Origin: Candidatus Hydrogenedentota bacterium
Lineage (GTDB): Bacteria > Hydrogenedentota > Hydrogenedentia > Hydrogenedentales > SLHB01
Direction of reading: 5' to 3'
Assembly (NCBI GenBank): GCA_963674865.2
Contig: CAXXYE010000009.1
Span: 1,440,001-1,504,000, forward strand
Length of the DNA: 64,000 bases
Shown: in pieces, positions 1-9,507 of the stretch
How positions within the stretch are numbered: the stretch's first letter is position 1
Layout of the letters: each line of letters begins with the position of its first letter
Program-made: the position numbers and the translations under genes
Notes under the pieces: generated by a model
What the model saw: the letters and a program-made list of their open reading frames with translations, nothing else
Database searches by the model: none
What the model was told of the DNA's origin: nothing

Positions 1-926
1 CCGATGGGAAAGCGGTCGGCTAGGCGTCCGCCGATGTAGCCGCCCAGGGTGAGCCCGGTGAGAACCACGCCAATGACGGTTGTCCAACTGTATAGCGATT
101 GCCCGAAGAAGCGCGCGGCGACGCGCCCGGCCACCGTCTCGAGCGCCATCACCGAGAAGCCGGCAATGAAGACGGCGGCGATGGATGGGAGCAAAAGGCG
201 GAGTGTGGTCATCGTCTCAGCCGCCTGGACACCGGCTTTCGGCTGAACGGACGCCACGGGGCGGGCGACACGGGCCGTGTGGGCGATGGCCCGGAAGCCA
301 TGTAGGATGCCTACAATAGCCAGTCCTCCGGCGGCAAGTCCGAGAATAGCTCTGACGCCAATAATGGCGAGCAGCCAGTAGCCCGTTAAGAAGGTGCCGA
401 GAATGCTTCCGGCCACGCCGGAGGCGTAGACGCTGCCGATGGTGCGTCCCGTCGCGTAGCCGAGATCGAGGGCCATCTTGGCGACTACGGGACTGATCAT
501 GCCCAGGAAGGCGGATGGGGCGAAGAATACCAACATTACATGGCAGAAGATCCGTGCCGGCCACGCCAGCCCCCGGAGGACATGCCATTGGCCCACGGGC
601 GGATTAATGAGCAGTACGCTCAGTGTTCCGAGCGAGGCAAGGATGAAGAGGAGCGGCAGCGCTTTGTGTGGGTCGAACCGATCGGCCAGGCGTCCGCCGA
701 GGTAGTTGCCCACCGACATTCCGGCGAGGACGATGCCGATGACGGCCGTCCAGGTGTACAGAGATTGGCCCAGGTAGGGAGCGATGGCGCGGCCCGCGAC
801 TAGCTCGATCACCATAATGCACGCCGCGGATGCGAAAACCGTCGCGTTGGCGGCCAACCAGGCGACGGCATGCGTCGCCTGGTTAGGGGGCGGCACGGGA
901 TGGCTCGAGCAAGTACCGGCGCTCAC
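1..926 (-). CDS. Fused MFS-like membrane / spermidine synthase family protein, N-terminal part (runs off the window edge)
   Basis: Not in the ORF track; hand-translated from GTG 926: ...VFASAACIMVIELVAGRAIAPYLGQSLYTWTAVIGIVLAGMSVGNYLGGRLADR..., with a second internal repeat ...LFGQSLYSWTTVIGVVLTGLTLGGYIGGRLADRFP, typical of this family. Confidence 0.8.
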   Translation of the reverse strand, partial: MSAGTCSSHPVPPPNQATHAVAWLAANATVFASAACIMVIELVAGRAIAPYLGQSLYTWTAVIGIVLAGMSVGNYLGGRLADRFDPHKALPLLFILASLGTLSVLLINPPVGQWHVLRGLAWPARIFCHVMLVFFAPSAFLGMISPVVAKMALDLGYATGRTIGSVYASGVAGSILGTFLTGYWLLAIIGVRAILGLAAGGLAIVGILHGFRAIAHTARVARPVASVQPKAGVQAAETMTTLRLLLPSIAAVFIAGFSVMALETVAGRVAARFFGQSLYSWTTVIGVVLTGLTLGGYIGGRLADRFPI

Positions 927-1242
927 GTGATCTACAAGCCTTCGCTTCTCGGCGTTGGTAAGACTCGAAAACCGAGTCTTAGTCCGCATGTGTCACAGAC
1001 AGTCCTCTGCGGCCCGCCTTTCTCACATGTTGTTCAATAGAAACGGGCGCGCCGAGGAGGTCGTGAGGCGCTCTGCCGAATTCTCCAACGGCCGGCCTGC
1101 AAGGAAAAACACCCGTTTCACCTAACTTGCGTGCAGTCTCGCTACTCGGTTGTGAGAAAAGCGGACTTGTCAAGAGATATCCTACGGGCAGATCGGTGCG
1201 GAGTCAACCGCCGCTTGTTCCTCCATCGCCCCTATCGGTGCG

Positions 1243-2318
1243 TCAGACTGAGGTGGCGTGTTGACACGTGTATCCGCTGGCCGCCCCCTCGAGGAATTCC
1301 TCAGTGAGTTCCGCCACGTAGACCTGCCCTACGCCCGTCATGTCGGAGTTGAAGAGGACATACTTCAGTTTTGGTGAGATGGCCGGGTGAGGGTGGTCCA
1401 TTGCGGATGCGAGCACGATGCCTGCGGGTCGCAAAGCCACGTGACGGTTCCCGAGGGCAGGTGAAAGAGGTAGAGCCCTTCCCTGGGCCAATTGGTGTCC
1501 GACACGATCCACTGCGCGTCGGCGCTCGGTGATGAATGCCAGTAATAGCGCCCCTCCGTCAAGATGGTGGGCTGCTCATCGCCCTCGCTATAGGTTGCCA
1601 GGGCATGGCCGGGCGGCAGGAGAGTGCCCTGCATGAGGCCCTCCGTGCCGAACCATGTATGATGCGCAAAATTACGGAAGGTGTAGGCTCGGAGGTTCGA
1701 GCCGTCGGCGGCGATGAACTTGGGTTCAGCGCCATCATCCGTCATGGCGTTGAAGTGGAGCGTCGAGCCGTCGGGACTCACGTGCAGGTGATTCTGCATC
1801 TCGCTCTCGAAGATGACTTCAAGGCGGCCGCTGTCGAGGTCCACTCTGAAGAGGCTGGTGCGATTCTCCGCCGTGCGGCAATTCGAGAAATACACCTTTC
1901 CTCCACGATCCACTGTGCCCAACGTGTAGCCGGGTCGCTGCCTCTCCGCGGCGGGCGCCTTTGCGACGGCGTCCTCCTGCAGCGACTCGATGCCGATACG
2001 CCTGACCTCGCCGCCCGTCTGATAGTAGACGGCCTCCCGCTCCGGCGCGACGACGACGCCGTGGATATCATCATATTCCGTCATCTGGACAAGCTCCGTG
2101 CCGTCTGTCCGCGCCCGGAAGAGGTCGAACGGGGCATCGCGGCCGGCGTAGCGCTGCGCCATGAACATGACGTGCTGCTCATTCTTGCTGAAGGCACACA
2201 TCTCGAAGTAGAGATTGGTGCTGATGGTCGGCCCGTGAGTCAGACGCGTGACCTTCAAGCCGGATCGGGAATCGCGCATGATGGCGCGCTCGGGAGCATA
2301 GACGGAGCCTCTTGCCAT
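1243..2318 (-). pseudogene. Oligogalacturonate lyase / TolB-like beta-propeller protein, frameshifted near 1395
   Basis: ATG 2318 with GAGG RBS; N-terminal LYF motif and propeller repeats. The frame ends HPQWT-TLTR, while the family C-terminus HPHPAISPKLKYVLFNSDMTGVGQVY is in another frame ending at 1243. Confidence 0.75.
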
Positions 2319-2665
2319 TGGATAACCTCGTGGGGCGCGCGTAACGGCGCTGTTTCGTGAGTCTTGCACCTGGAATGCCGGAGAAGACACCTCTGTTCAC
2401 CGGCAAAACGAGCGCAAGTGTACCATCCGGCCTCGGGGGAGTCTACCTGAGATCGCGGGAGCGTCCCGAACCTGAGCGGCGGCGTGGCGGCTCTTGCGCC
2501 CGATATGGCTGCGGTTGGAAGGTGGCATTCGGCGTCTTCTGCTGCTAGGCTTGTTGCTCGAAGTGATGGGTTTGAGGCAATCGCGCCGGAAGGGAAGGTC
2601 CCTTGAGAACGCGTTCACCGGGATGTCTTGGCTGTAGGCGTCGGGGCGTGGCGCGCTACCTTTGC

Positions 2666-3196
2666 ATGCTCCGGCCGGTGGCGTTGACGGTGCTGGCGGC
2701 CATCGGCTTGGGCTGTGGGACGAGCATCCATGACGAGGTGGCCGCGGGCAATATCGATGAGGTCCGGGCGATGCTCGACAGGTCGCCGGAGCTTGCCAAC
2801 GCCACGGACAGGCTTGGCAAAACGCCGCTGTTCTTCGCCGTTACCTATGGACGGATGGATATGATCGACCTGTTCGTGGAGCGGGGCGCGGATGTCAACG
2901 CGGCGGATAAGACCGGCCTGACGCCGCTTCACGTGGCGGCCATGCTGGGCCGCGGCTACGAAGCTGACAAGTTGGTCGAACTCGGCGCCGACGTGGCGTG
3001 GTGCGACGCGTTCGGCGATACGCCCCTGCACACGGCAGCCATGCACGGCGCCACGCCGATGATCGAGTATCTGCTGTCGCGTAATGCCGATATCGAAGCC
3101 ACGAATAACGAGAGGCTTACGCCCTACGAGCTTGCCGTCAAGCATCGACAGAACGCAGCCGCGTCGCAGTTGAAGGCGTTTGGCGCGAAGTCCTGA
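2666..3196 (+). CDS. Ankyrin-repeat protein, probable lipoprotein
   Basis: GKTPLFFA, GLTPLHVAA, GDTPLHTAA ankyrin repeats; hydrophobic N-terminus with lipobox-like IGLGC. Confidence 0.88.
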   Translation: MLRPVALTVLAAIGLGCGTSIHDEVAAGNIDEVRAMLDRSPELANATDRLGKTPLFFAVTYGRMDMIDLFVERGADVNAADKTGLTPLHVAAMLGRGYEADKLVELGADVAWCDAFGDTPLHTAAMHGATPMIEYLLSRNADIEATNNERLTPYELAVKHRQNAAASQLKAFGAKS

Positions 3197-3282
3197 TGAG
3201 TATTCCTGAGTTCCCCGCTGATAGGTTTCGATCTCTTCGCTTGTCGGCGGCCGTGCTGCAACTTTCTTGAGGTACCTTCGCA

Positions 3283-4191
3283 GTGCTTTCCACATGTGAA
3301 CGAACCGGCTACGCCCTTGTATTGCTGGCCGTGCTCATTTGGAGTACGGCCGAGGTGACAGTCCGGACAATGACGGGACTTATCACGCCGATCCAGTTGA
3401 ACGTGCTGCGCTTCGGTTTGGGAGGCCTGGCGCTTCTGCTCTACCTCCCCTTTGAGCTGAGACGCAAAGGCCTTAGCACATCGGTGGGCGTCCTGCGCCG
3501 CGCGGCATGGATCGCCTTGATCGGCGTGGTGGCCAGCGGTATGACATTTCAGTACGGCCTTCAATACGCCGGCGCGTCCATTGTCGCCACCGTATTCGGC
3601 GCCGCGCCGATAGCCGTCCTATTGCTCTCGGCGGCGCTCCTCGGTGAACGCATCACGGCGGCCAAGCTGGCGGGCGTATTCGTGGGATTTGCCGGGGTGG
3701 CCGTCCTGGCGTCGAGTGAAGCCTCTGAAACGTTTTCACTCCTGGGACTGGCCTTGGCGGTGGCAGCCATGTTTGCTTTCGCCGCGTTTACTGTTGTGGT
3801 CAAGCGGTTCGCAGGCCCCTTTGCCGGGCTGCCCATCACCACGTACTGCTTCCTGATAGGGGCCGCCATGCTCGTGCCCGGTGTGCTGATCGAAGGTGAT
3901 ACAACGGCGCTTCACTACCTGGATCGGCTCTGGATGCCCGTGCTGTACCTGGCCATCGGCAACACGGGCCTCGCGTACTTGCTCTATTTCGTGGGACTCG
4001 AGCATCTGGAGGCCAGCCGCGGCGTGAGTCTCATGCTTCTCAAACCGCCCTTGGCCGTCCTGCTCGCCGCCGCATGGCTCGGAGAGCCCATTGGATGGCG
4101 TCTTCTCGTGGCCCTTGTGCTGATACTCAGCGGATTGTACCTGGTTGTTCTAAGGAACCATTCCACCGCACCGGTTTCTCAGGAAACGTAG
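3283..4191 (+). CDS. EamA/DMT family transporter
   Basis: About 10 hydrophobic segments; two EamA halves with LLGER and WLGEP motifs. Confidence 0.88.
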   Translation: MLSTCERTGYALVLLAVLIWSTAEVTVRTMTGLITPIQLNVLRFGLGGLALLLYLPFELRRKGLSTSVGVLRRAAWIALIGVVASGMTFQYGLQYAGASIVATVFGAAPIAVLLLSAALLGERITAAKLAGVFVGFAGVAVLASSEASETFSLLGLALAVAAMFAFAAFTVVVKRFAGPFAGLPITTYCFLIGAAMLVPGVLIEGDTTALHYLDRLWMPVLYLAIGNTGLAYLLYFVGLEHLEASRGVSLMLLKPPLAVLLAAAWLGEPIGWRLLVALVLILSGLYLVVLRNHSTAPVSQET

Positions 4192-4213
4192 CTTGGACTG
4201 CGGGATAGTCTAC

Positions 4214-5596
4214 TCATTCCGGATCAGGTTCCTCTCGCCCCCGCCAGACGACGTCGAGCCGTCGAGGATCATGCCTCCCGCCGTCGTCGACGCAGTTTCG
4301 CCCGACGCCGTACAGTGTGAAGCTCTCTTCCGAAGGCTTGTAGCGGTAAGATGAGCCGGTGAATGGATCCGTCGGCACTTTCCCTCCGAGATCCACGGCG
4401 ATCGCGTCGAGCGAGTCGGGATACCTTCCATGTTCCGCGACGTACCGCTCAATGAGTAGTCCCATCCGCATGATGTCGATGCCCGTCTCGTGAAGTGCTT
4501 GCGCCTGCGCGGCACGCGGCAAAGCCGCAACCATGAAGCACGTCATGGGCCGCATGAAAGGGGAGGCCGCAGCCTCCTGCTCGACCTCTTCCAGCGCGTC
4601 TGCTATCGCCGTATAGGGCAAATCGGCCAGCTCGATGTAGCGGCTCATCGCGTTAGCGAACGCGCACTCATCCGTGTTTCGCCAAGCCAGTGCGACGGGG
4701 CTGCCGTAGATGCGCAGGAGAGCCGGGGGCATAGGTTGGGAGTCGGCGGAAGACCAATACATGTTATCTCGGTGCGCCGAGTCGAAGAACGCGAGTCCCA
4801 TTTCCGCTTCACCTGCCAGACTCCGCGCGAAATCCCGGCGATGACCTGCCTGGCTCAACTGGGCGACGAGCCGCTCGACATCCTTCGGCGAGAGTGTTCC
4901 AGGAGGCATCGTGTCGCGGAGCGTGTCCTGTGCCAGCCGGTAGCATGCCATGCGCACAAGCTGAGAGATGAGGCTTGGATCGGGCGCGAGGGCGTCTCCC
5001 AGTTGCATCTGCGCAAGGATGTCGTCGGCCAAGTGAGAGGAATCGCCTGTGCGGGCGCTGACGATAGCCGACGCGGCAAGCAGGCGGGCCAGATCACGGA
5101 TCGCGCCGACGTGATCCAGTTCGAGTTCGAAGCCCTTACTCAGATCGAGGATAGCCACCGGCCCGCCTCGCTGAGCCATACGACGCGCCGCGGCAATGAG
5201 GTCGCTATTGACGGCCACGATGTCCCGCGCAAGAAGCCATCTGGCCTCTTTCCAGGTTTCCGGATTGGCCGCCAGGAACTGGCCGACATCATCCCATTTT
5301 GCATTATCCGCCAAGCGCGCATCGTACATCGCGAGCAGGCCTTGCCAGGCGGCCAAGCCGGCCCCCTGTCCCGCGATGCCGCCGTGTGGCTCCACGGCCT
5401 GCTGCGTATCCGCGGCCTGCGCAGATGCTGGCTCTGTCTCCTCGGCAGGGGGCGCGCCAAGGTGATGCGCAATTTGCACTTGCAGATGCTCGACGGCCGC
5501 ACCGCGTCTTGCCGAGATGAGTCCCTGAATGGCGACAAATGCTCCCAGGAGGACGGCCGCCACAGCGGCGCATATCCACGCAAAACGCTTCATCAT
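4214..5596 (-). CDS. Membrane-anchored hypothetical protein with a GspG/pseudopilin-like C-terminal motif
   Basis: N-terminal TM; C-terminus YVAEHGRYPDSL...VPTDPFTGSSYRY...FTLYGVGRNCVDDGG; GGAGG RBS. Confidence 0.7.
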   Translation of the reverse strand: MMKRFAWICAAVAAVLLGAFVAIQGLISARRGAAVEHLQVQIAHHLGAPPAEETEPASAQAADTQQAVEPHGGIAGQGAGLAAWQGLLAMYDARLADNAKWDDVGQFLAANPETWKEARWLLARDIVAVNSDLIAAARRMAQRGGPVAILDLSKGFELELDHVGAIRDLARLLAASAIVSARTGDSSHLADDILAQMQLGDALAPDPSLISQLVRMACYRLAQDTLRDTMPPGTLSPKDVERLVAQLSQAGHRRDFARSLAGEAEMGLAFFDSAHRDNMYWSSADSQPMPPALLRIYGSPVALAWRNTDECAFANAMSRYIELADLPYTAIADALEEVEQEAAASPFMRPMTCFMVAALPRAAQAQALHETGIDIMRMGLLIERYVAEHGRYPDSLDAIAVDLGGKVPTDPFTGSSYRYKPSEESFTLYGVGRNCVDDGGRHDPRRLDVVWRGREEPDPE

Positions 5597-5731
5597 CTCT
5601 TTTCCCCTCCGAAGAGTGTCCCAGAGCGTCCAGGGCCCGAGGCGTGTTCACTCCCATCTACACTATGGGCGGCTTGCGCGAAGCCGATCACTTGGCTGTT
5701 TGGCCATGCCCAAGCGACGCGCAGCGCAGGA

Positions 5732-7924
5732 TTACGCACTCGCGCCGCTGGGCGCCCTTCGGCCGGGGCCGCGTAACCGCTCAGCCAGCCTCGTGTTCCT
5801 CTGGACGACCTTCGTGTTGCGTACCGCGAGTCCGACGGCTTTGCGGTCGCCGATGATGATGACGAGCCGCTTGCCGCGGGTGATCGCAGTGTAGAGCACA
5901 TTACGCTGGAGCATCATGTAGTGCTGTTTCACGAGGGGAATGACCACGGCGAGGTACTCGCTTCCCTGGGACTTGTGAACGGTGGCTGCGTAGGCCAACG
6001 CGAGTTCGTCGAGGCTATCGAATGGATACAGGACGGCGCGGTCGTCAAATTGAACCTGTACTTCCTTGGCTTCCGTGTCCACCAGCGTGACAACGCCCAC
6101 GTCGCCGTTATATACGTCCAGATCGTAGTTATTGCGCAACTGCATGACCTTGTCCCGAACACGGAAGTTGCGTCCGGGAATGGGCTCGCCGTCGGCGTTG
6201 AGGGCCTGCTGGAGGACCTCGTTCAGATTGGCGACACCGGCTTCGCCCCGATGCATGGGCGCCAGAACCTGTACCTCTTCGAAAGGATTCAGGCCGAATC
6301 GCTTGGGAATGCGGTTGGTAACGACCTCCACCACGGTTGCCGCGGTTTCCGCGGGATCCTTACGCTCGATGAAGAAGAAGTCCTCGGTGTTGAATGCAGG
6401 GAACTCACCGCCGTTGATCCGGTGGGCGTTGCTGATGATGCCGCTTTCCGCCGCCTGCCGGAACACGGTTTTCAGCCAGACCACCGGCAGGACGTTACTC
6501 GATATGACATCCATCAGCACGTTCCCAGGCCCGACGGAGGGCAACTGATCGACGTCCCCCACAAGGAAGAGGCGGGCGTGAGGAGGCACGGCCTTGAGTA
6601 GGTTCTGCATGAGGTAGACGTCGATCATCGACGCCTCGTCGATGATCACCATGTCGGCATCGAGGGGACGGTTCGCATCCCGAGTGAACCGGTTGTCCAG
6701 TGGGCTGAACTCGAGCAGGCGGTGGATCGTGCGTGCCTCGTGTCCCGTCGCGGCTTCCATCCGCTTGGCGGCGCGGCCCGTCGGGGCGGCAAGCTCAATG
6801 GCAAGTCCCTTCTTCTCGAAGATCGCGATGAGGCTGTTGATGACGGTGGTCTTGCCTGTGCCCGGCCCCCCAGTAATCACCATGGCCTTTGCTTCGGCGG
6901 CTGTCCGGAGCACCTGGCGCTGCTCGTCGGAAAGGCGGATGGCGTGCCGGCGTTCGACCCATTGAATGGCCCGCTCGGCGGCGATAGTCACGCCTCCTCC
7001 AGGCGTTCGCAGAAGGCCTTGCAGCAGTTGGGCGCACTCGGTTTCGGCCATGTACATGTTGCGGAGAAAGATGCGTTCGTCCTCGCGGACAATCTGCCGC
7101 GTGCACGCCAACGCCGTGAGCGCCGGCGCAATGTGCTCGGGAGCCACCCCCAATAGCGCGCGGGCCGCCGCAATCAAATCCGTCTCAGGCAGAAAGACGT
7201 GCCCGTCTGAGCCCGCTTGCTCAAGGGCGTAAAGTGCGCCCGCCTCGATTCGCTTGGGATGATCCTTCTCGATCCCAAGGTTGGCAGCGATGCGATCGGC
7301 GGTCTTGAACGCCACGCCGGCGATATCCTGGGCCAGTTTGTAGGGATCTTCACGCAGAACGGCGGCGGTGGATTCGCCGTAGTGCTTCTGTATCTTCACG
7401 GCAAGCGAAGGGCTGATGCCGTGCCCTTGCAGGAATAGCATGAGGGATCGCTGCCCCTGTTGAGCGGCCCAGGCCTCGCAAATCTGTTTGGCGCGCTTCT
7501 TGCCGATGCCGGGAACGGAGCGCAGACGTTTTGGTTCTTCGCCGATCACGCGCAGCGTTTCGACGCCGAAAGCTTCGACGAGCCGTTTGGCGTATACGGG
7601 CCCGATGCCTTCGATCAGGCCGGAGCCGAGGTACTTCTCGATCCCTTGCACGGTGTTGGGAAGCAGCGTCTCGTAACGCTCGATGCGCAATTGGCGGCCG
7701 AAGCGCTTGTCGTCCACCCAACGGCCCCAAACGCGGACGGTTTCGCCGGGCGACACGGCCATCACGTTGCCCACGCACGTTACCTCCGCGCCCGCTTTAT
7801 CGTCGCGCAGCCGTCCAACGAAGAAGCCCGTGTCGGGACTCTCGTAAACGATCCGCTCGAGCACGCCGTCTATTCGCTCGAGTTCTTCCGCTTCACGCAT
7901 CCCCGGAAGTTGATCGGCCGACAT
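5732..7924 (-). CDS. recD2: ATP-dependent RecD2-like DNA helicase
   Basis: KYLGSGLIEGIG HhH region, Walker A GGPGTGKT, AAPTGRAAKR, IIDEASM, VHKSQGSE, YTAITRGK. Confidence 0.95.
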   Translation of the reverse strand: MSADQLPGMREAEELERIDGVLERIVYESPDTGFFVGRLRDDKAGAEVTCVGNVMAVSPGETVRVWGRWVDDKRFGRQLRIERYETLLPNTVQGIEKYLGSGLIEGIGPVYAKRLVEAFGVETLRVIGEEPKRLRSVPGIGKKRAKQICEAWAAQQGQRSLMLFLQGHGISPSLAVKIQKHYGESTAAVLREDPYKLAQDIAGVAFKTADRIAANLGIEKDHPKRIEAGALYALEQAGSDGHVFLPETDLIAAARALLGVAPEHIAPALTALACTRQIVREDERIFLRNMYMAETECAQLLQGLLRTPGGGVTIAAERAIQWVERRHAIRLSDEQRQVLRTAAEAKAMVITGGPGTGKTTVINSLIAIFEKKGLAIELAAPTGRAAKRMEAATGHEARTIHRLLEFSPLDNRFTRDANRPLDADMVIIDEASMIDVYLMQNLLKAVPPHARLFLVGDVDQLPSVGPGNVLMDVISSNVLPVVWLKTVFRQAAESGIISNAHRINGGEFPAFNTEDFFFIERKDPAETAATVVEVVTNRIPKRFGLNPFEEVQVLAPMHRGEAGVANLNEVLQQALNADGEPIPGRNFRVRDKVMQLRNNYDLDVYNGDVGVVTLVDTEAKEVQVQFDDRAVLYPFDSLDELALAYAATVHKSQGSEYLAVVIPLVKQHYMMLQRNVLYTAITRGKRLVIIIGDRKAVGLAVRNTKVVQRNTRLAERLRGPGRRAPSGASA

Positions 7925-8640
7925 CAGGGCGTGCTCGCAAACCGCCGCACCTTGATCAGATCCGTCGTGGCTTGCGGACTGAGTGTCGCCAGGTACAGGC
8001 AGGTGTGGGCGATATCTTCAGGGGTCATCCAGCCGGACCTGTCGCGGTGCGGCATGGCCTCCCTGCTCAGTCTCGTTGGCACGCCACCGGGGCATACGGC
8101 GTGTACGGCGATGCCGTAATCGCGGAGCTCCATGGCGAGCACTTGGCTCAACATGTTCAGTCCGCTCTTTGATGCGCCATAGGCCCCCTGTTCGATGTAT
8201 GGCTTTAGGCCCGCCACGCTCGAGATGTTGATGATCCGGCCTGCGCGCCGCTCGATCATCGAGGGAAGCACGGCCTTAATGCAGCGGAAGGGGCCGGTGA
8301 GATTGATATCGAGCGTTTGCTGCCACTGTGCCGGGGAGAGGTCCTTGATAGGCTCGAAATGCGCGTAGCCGGCGTTATTCACCAAGATATCGATGTGTCC
8401 GAAGGCTTCCAAGGCGGTTCCGACGGTGTCCTCAACTTGCTCTTGCCTGGTCACGTCGCACGTCAACGCTAAGGCGTCTACGCCCAAGCCACGTACCTCC
8501 TGGGCCGTGGCCTCCACTTCCTCCGCCGTCCTCGCCACGGCGGCAATAGCGCACCCGTCCCGCGCAAACGCCAAGGCGATCCCTTTGCCAATACCGCGTC
8601 CAGCCCCGGTGATCAGGGCGACTTTTCCCTCTAAACGCAC
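7924..8640 (-). CDS. SDR family oxidoreductase
   Basis: TGAGRGIG, NNAG, YGASK catalytic motif. Confidence 0.93.
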   Translation of the reverse strand: MRLEGKVALITGAGRGIGKGIALAFARDGCAIAAVARTAEEVEATAQEVRGLGVDALALTCDVTRQEQVEDTVGTALEAFGHIDILVNNAGYAHFEPIKDLSPAQWQQTLDINLTGPFRCIKAVLPSMIERRAGRIINISSVAGLKPYIEQGAYGASKSGLNMLSQVLAMELRDYGIAVHAVCPGGVPTRLSREAMPHRDRSGWMTPEDIAHTCLYLATLSPQATTDLIKVRRFASTP

Positions 8641-8711
8641 AGAAACTCTCCTCTCATCTCGGATGTCGACGAATGGTGGTTAGGACGGGCCAGGAATAGA
8701 GATCTCATGAC

Positions 8712-9107
8712 CTAGCGGCCCAGCTCCGAGAAGAGGGCCGGGTCGCTTGAGCGCACCTGGGCCAGTATGTCGGTTGCTTTGTGTACGGCGTCTCTTGCCT
8801 CCTCCTCGGATACGTGGGAGGCTCCCCCGTAATCGCCCAACTCGCGCAAGGCCAACAGGAAATCGTATCGCCGGCCCATCGCCTCCGGCCATTCACGTGT
8901 CTTGACGAGATCTCGGTGGACGGCGGCCCGAAGCGCGGCGTGCTTAGTGAAAGAAACACCGCGACAGGCGAACAAGGCGGTTGTCGCATGGAACGCGGCA
9001 TAGTACGCGCGCGAAGCCGCGGAATCACTATCCACTGTCACGAGGGACTTTGCGGCTTCAAGAGACGCCACAGCCCGTTCCCATGCATCCAACGCAAACG
9101 CTCTCAC
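8712..9107 (-). CDS. HEPN domain protein (UPF0332-type), putative toxin
   Basis: SRAYYAAFHA, TKHAA, RELGDY motifs; GTG start overlaps the MNT stop (GTGA). Confidence 0.88.
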   Translation of the reverse strand: MRAFALDAWERAVASLEAAKSLVTVDSDSAASRAYYAAFHATTALFACRGVSFTKHAALRAAVHRDLVKTREWPEAMGRRYDFLLALRELGDYGGASHVSEEEARDAVHKATDILAQVRSSDPALFSELGR

Positions 9108-9418
9108 AGACGGATCCCATCCTTCTTTGCGTTTAGGAAGAGCGGACATTCGAAGGCTTCGTACTGCTTCTCATCGACGGGTGTGGCGCTGATGGGCTGG
9201 CCGAGTTCTAGGGATAACGGAAACAGGGCCTCAATGTTGGTTTCGAGATCGCGGCCCAGCGCCACGGGGCCCCGCAACAGGACCAACACGTCTATATCGC
9301 TGTCTTCGGCGGCTGAGCCCCGAGCGGCGGAGCCGAATAGCACGATGCCTCGGAGGCGCTCACCGTGCAGCCGCTCTAGTCGACGCTTGATCTCCTGTCC
9401 GATCCGCGGCGTGTTCAT
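9104..9418 (-). CDS. Minimal nucleotidyltransferase (MNT), putative antitoxin
   Basis: LFGSAARG...DSDIDVLV motif; about 104 aa; GGGAGG RBS. Confidence 0.9.
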   Translation of the reverse strand: MNTPRIGQEIKRRLERLHGERLRGIVLFGSAARGSAAEDSDIDVLVLLRGPVALGRDLETNIEALFPLSLELGQPISATPVDEKQYEAFECPLFLNAKKDGIRL

Positions 9419-9507
9419 CTCTTGCCTCCCGTCCATGGCCGGCGGCCGCTGCTACATCCTCCCCACCTCAAGACCATACGCCGTCGGCTTCCCCGTCGCA
9501 AGGCACC

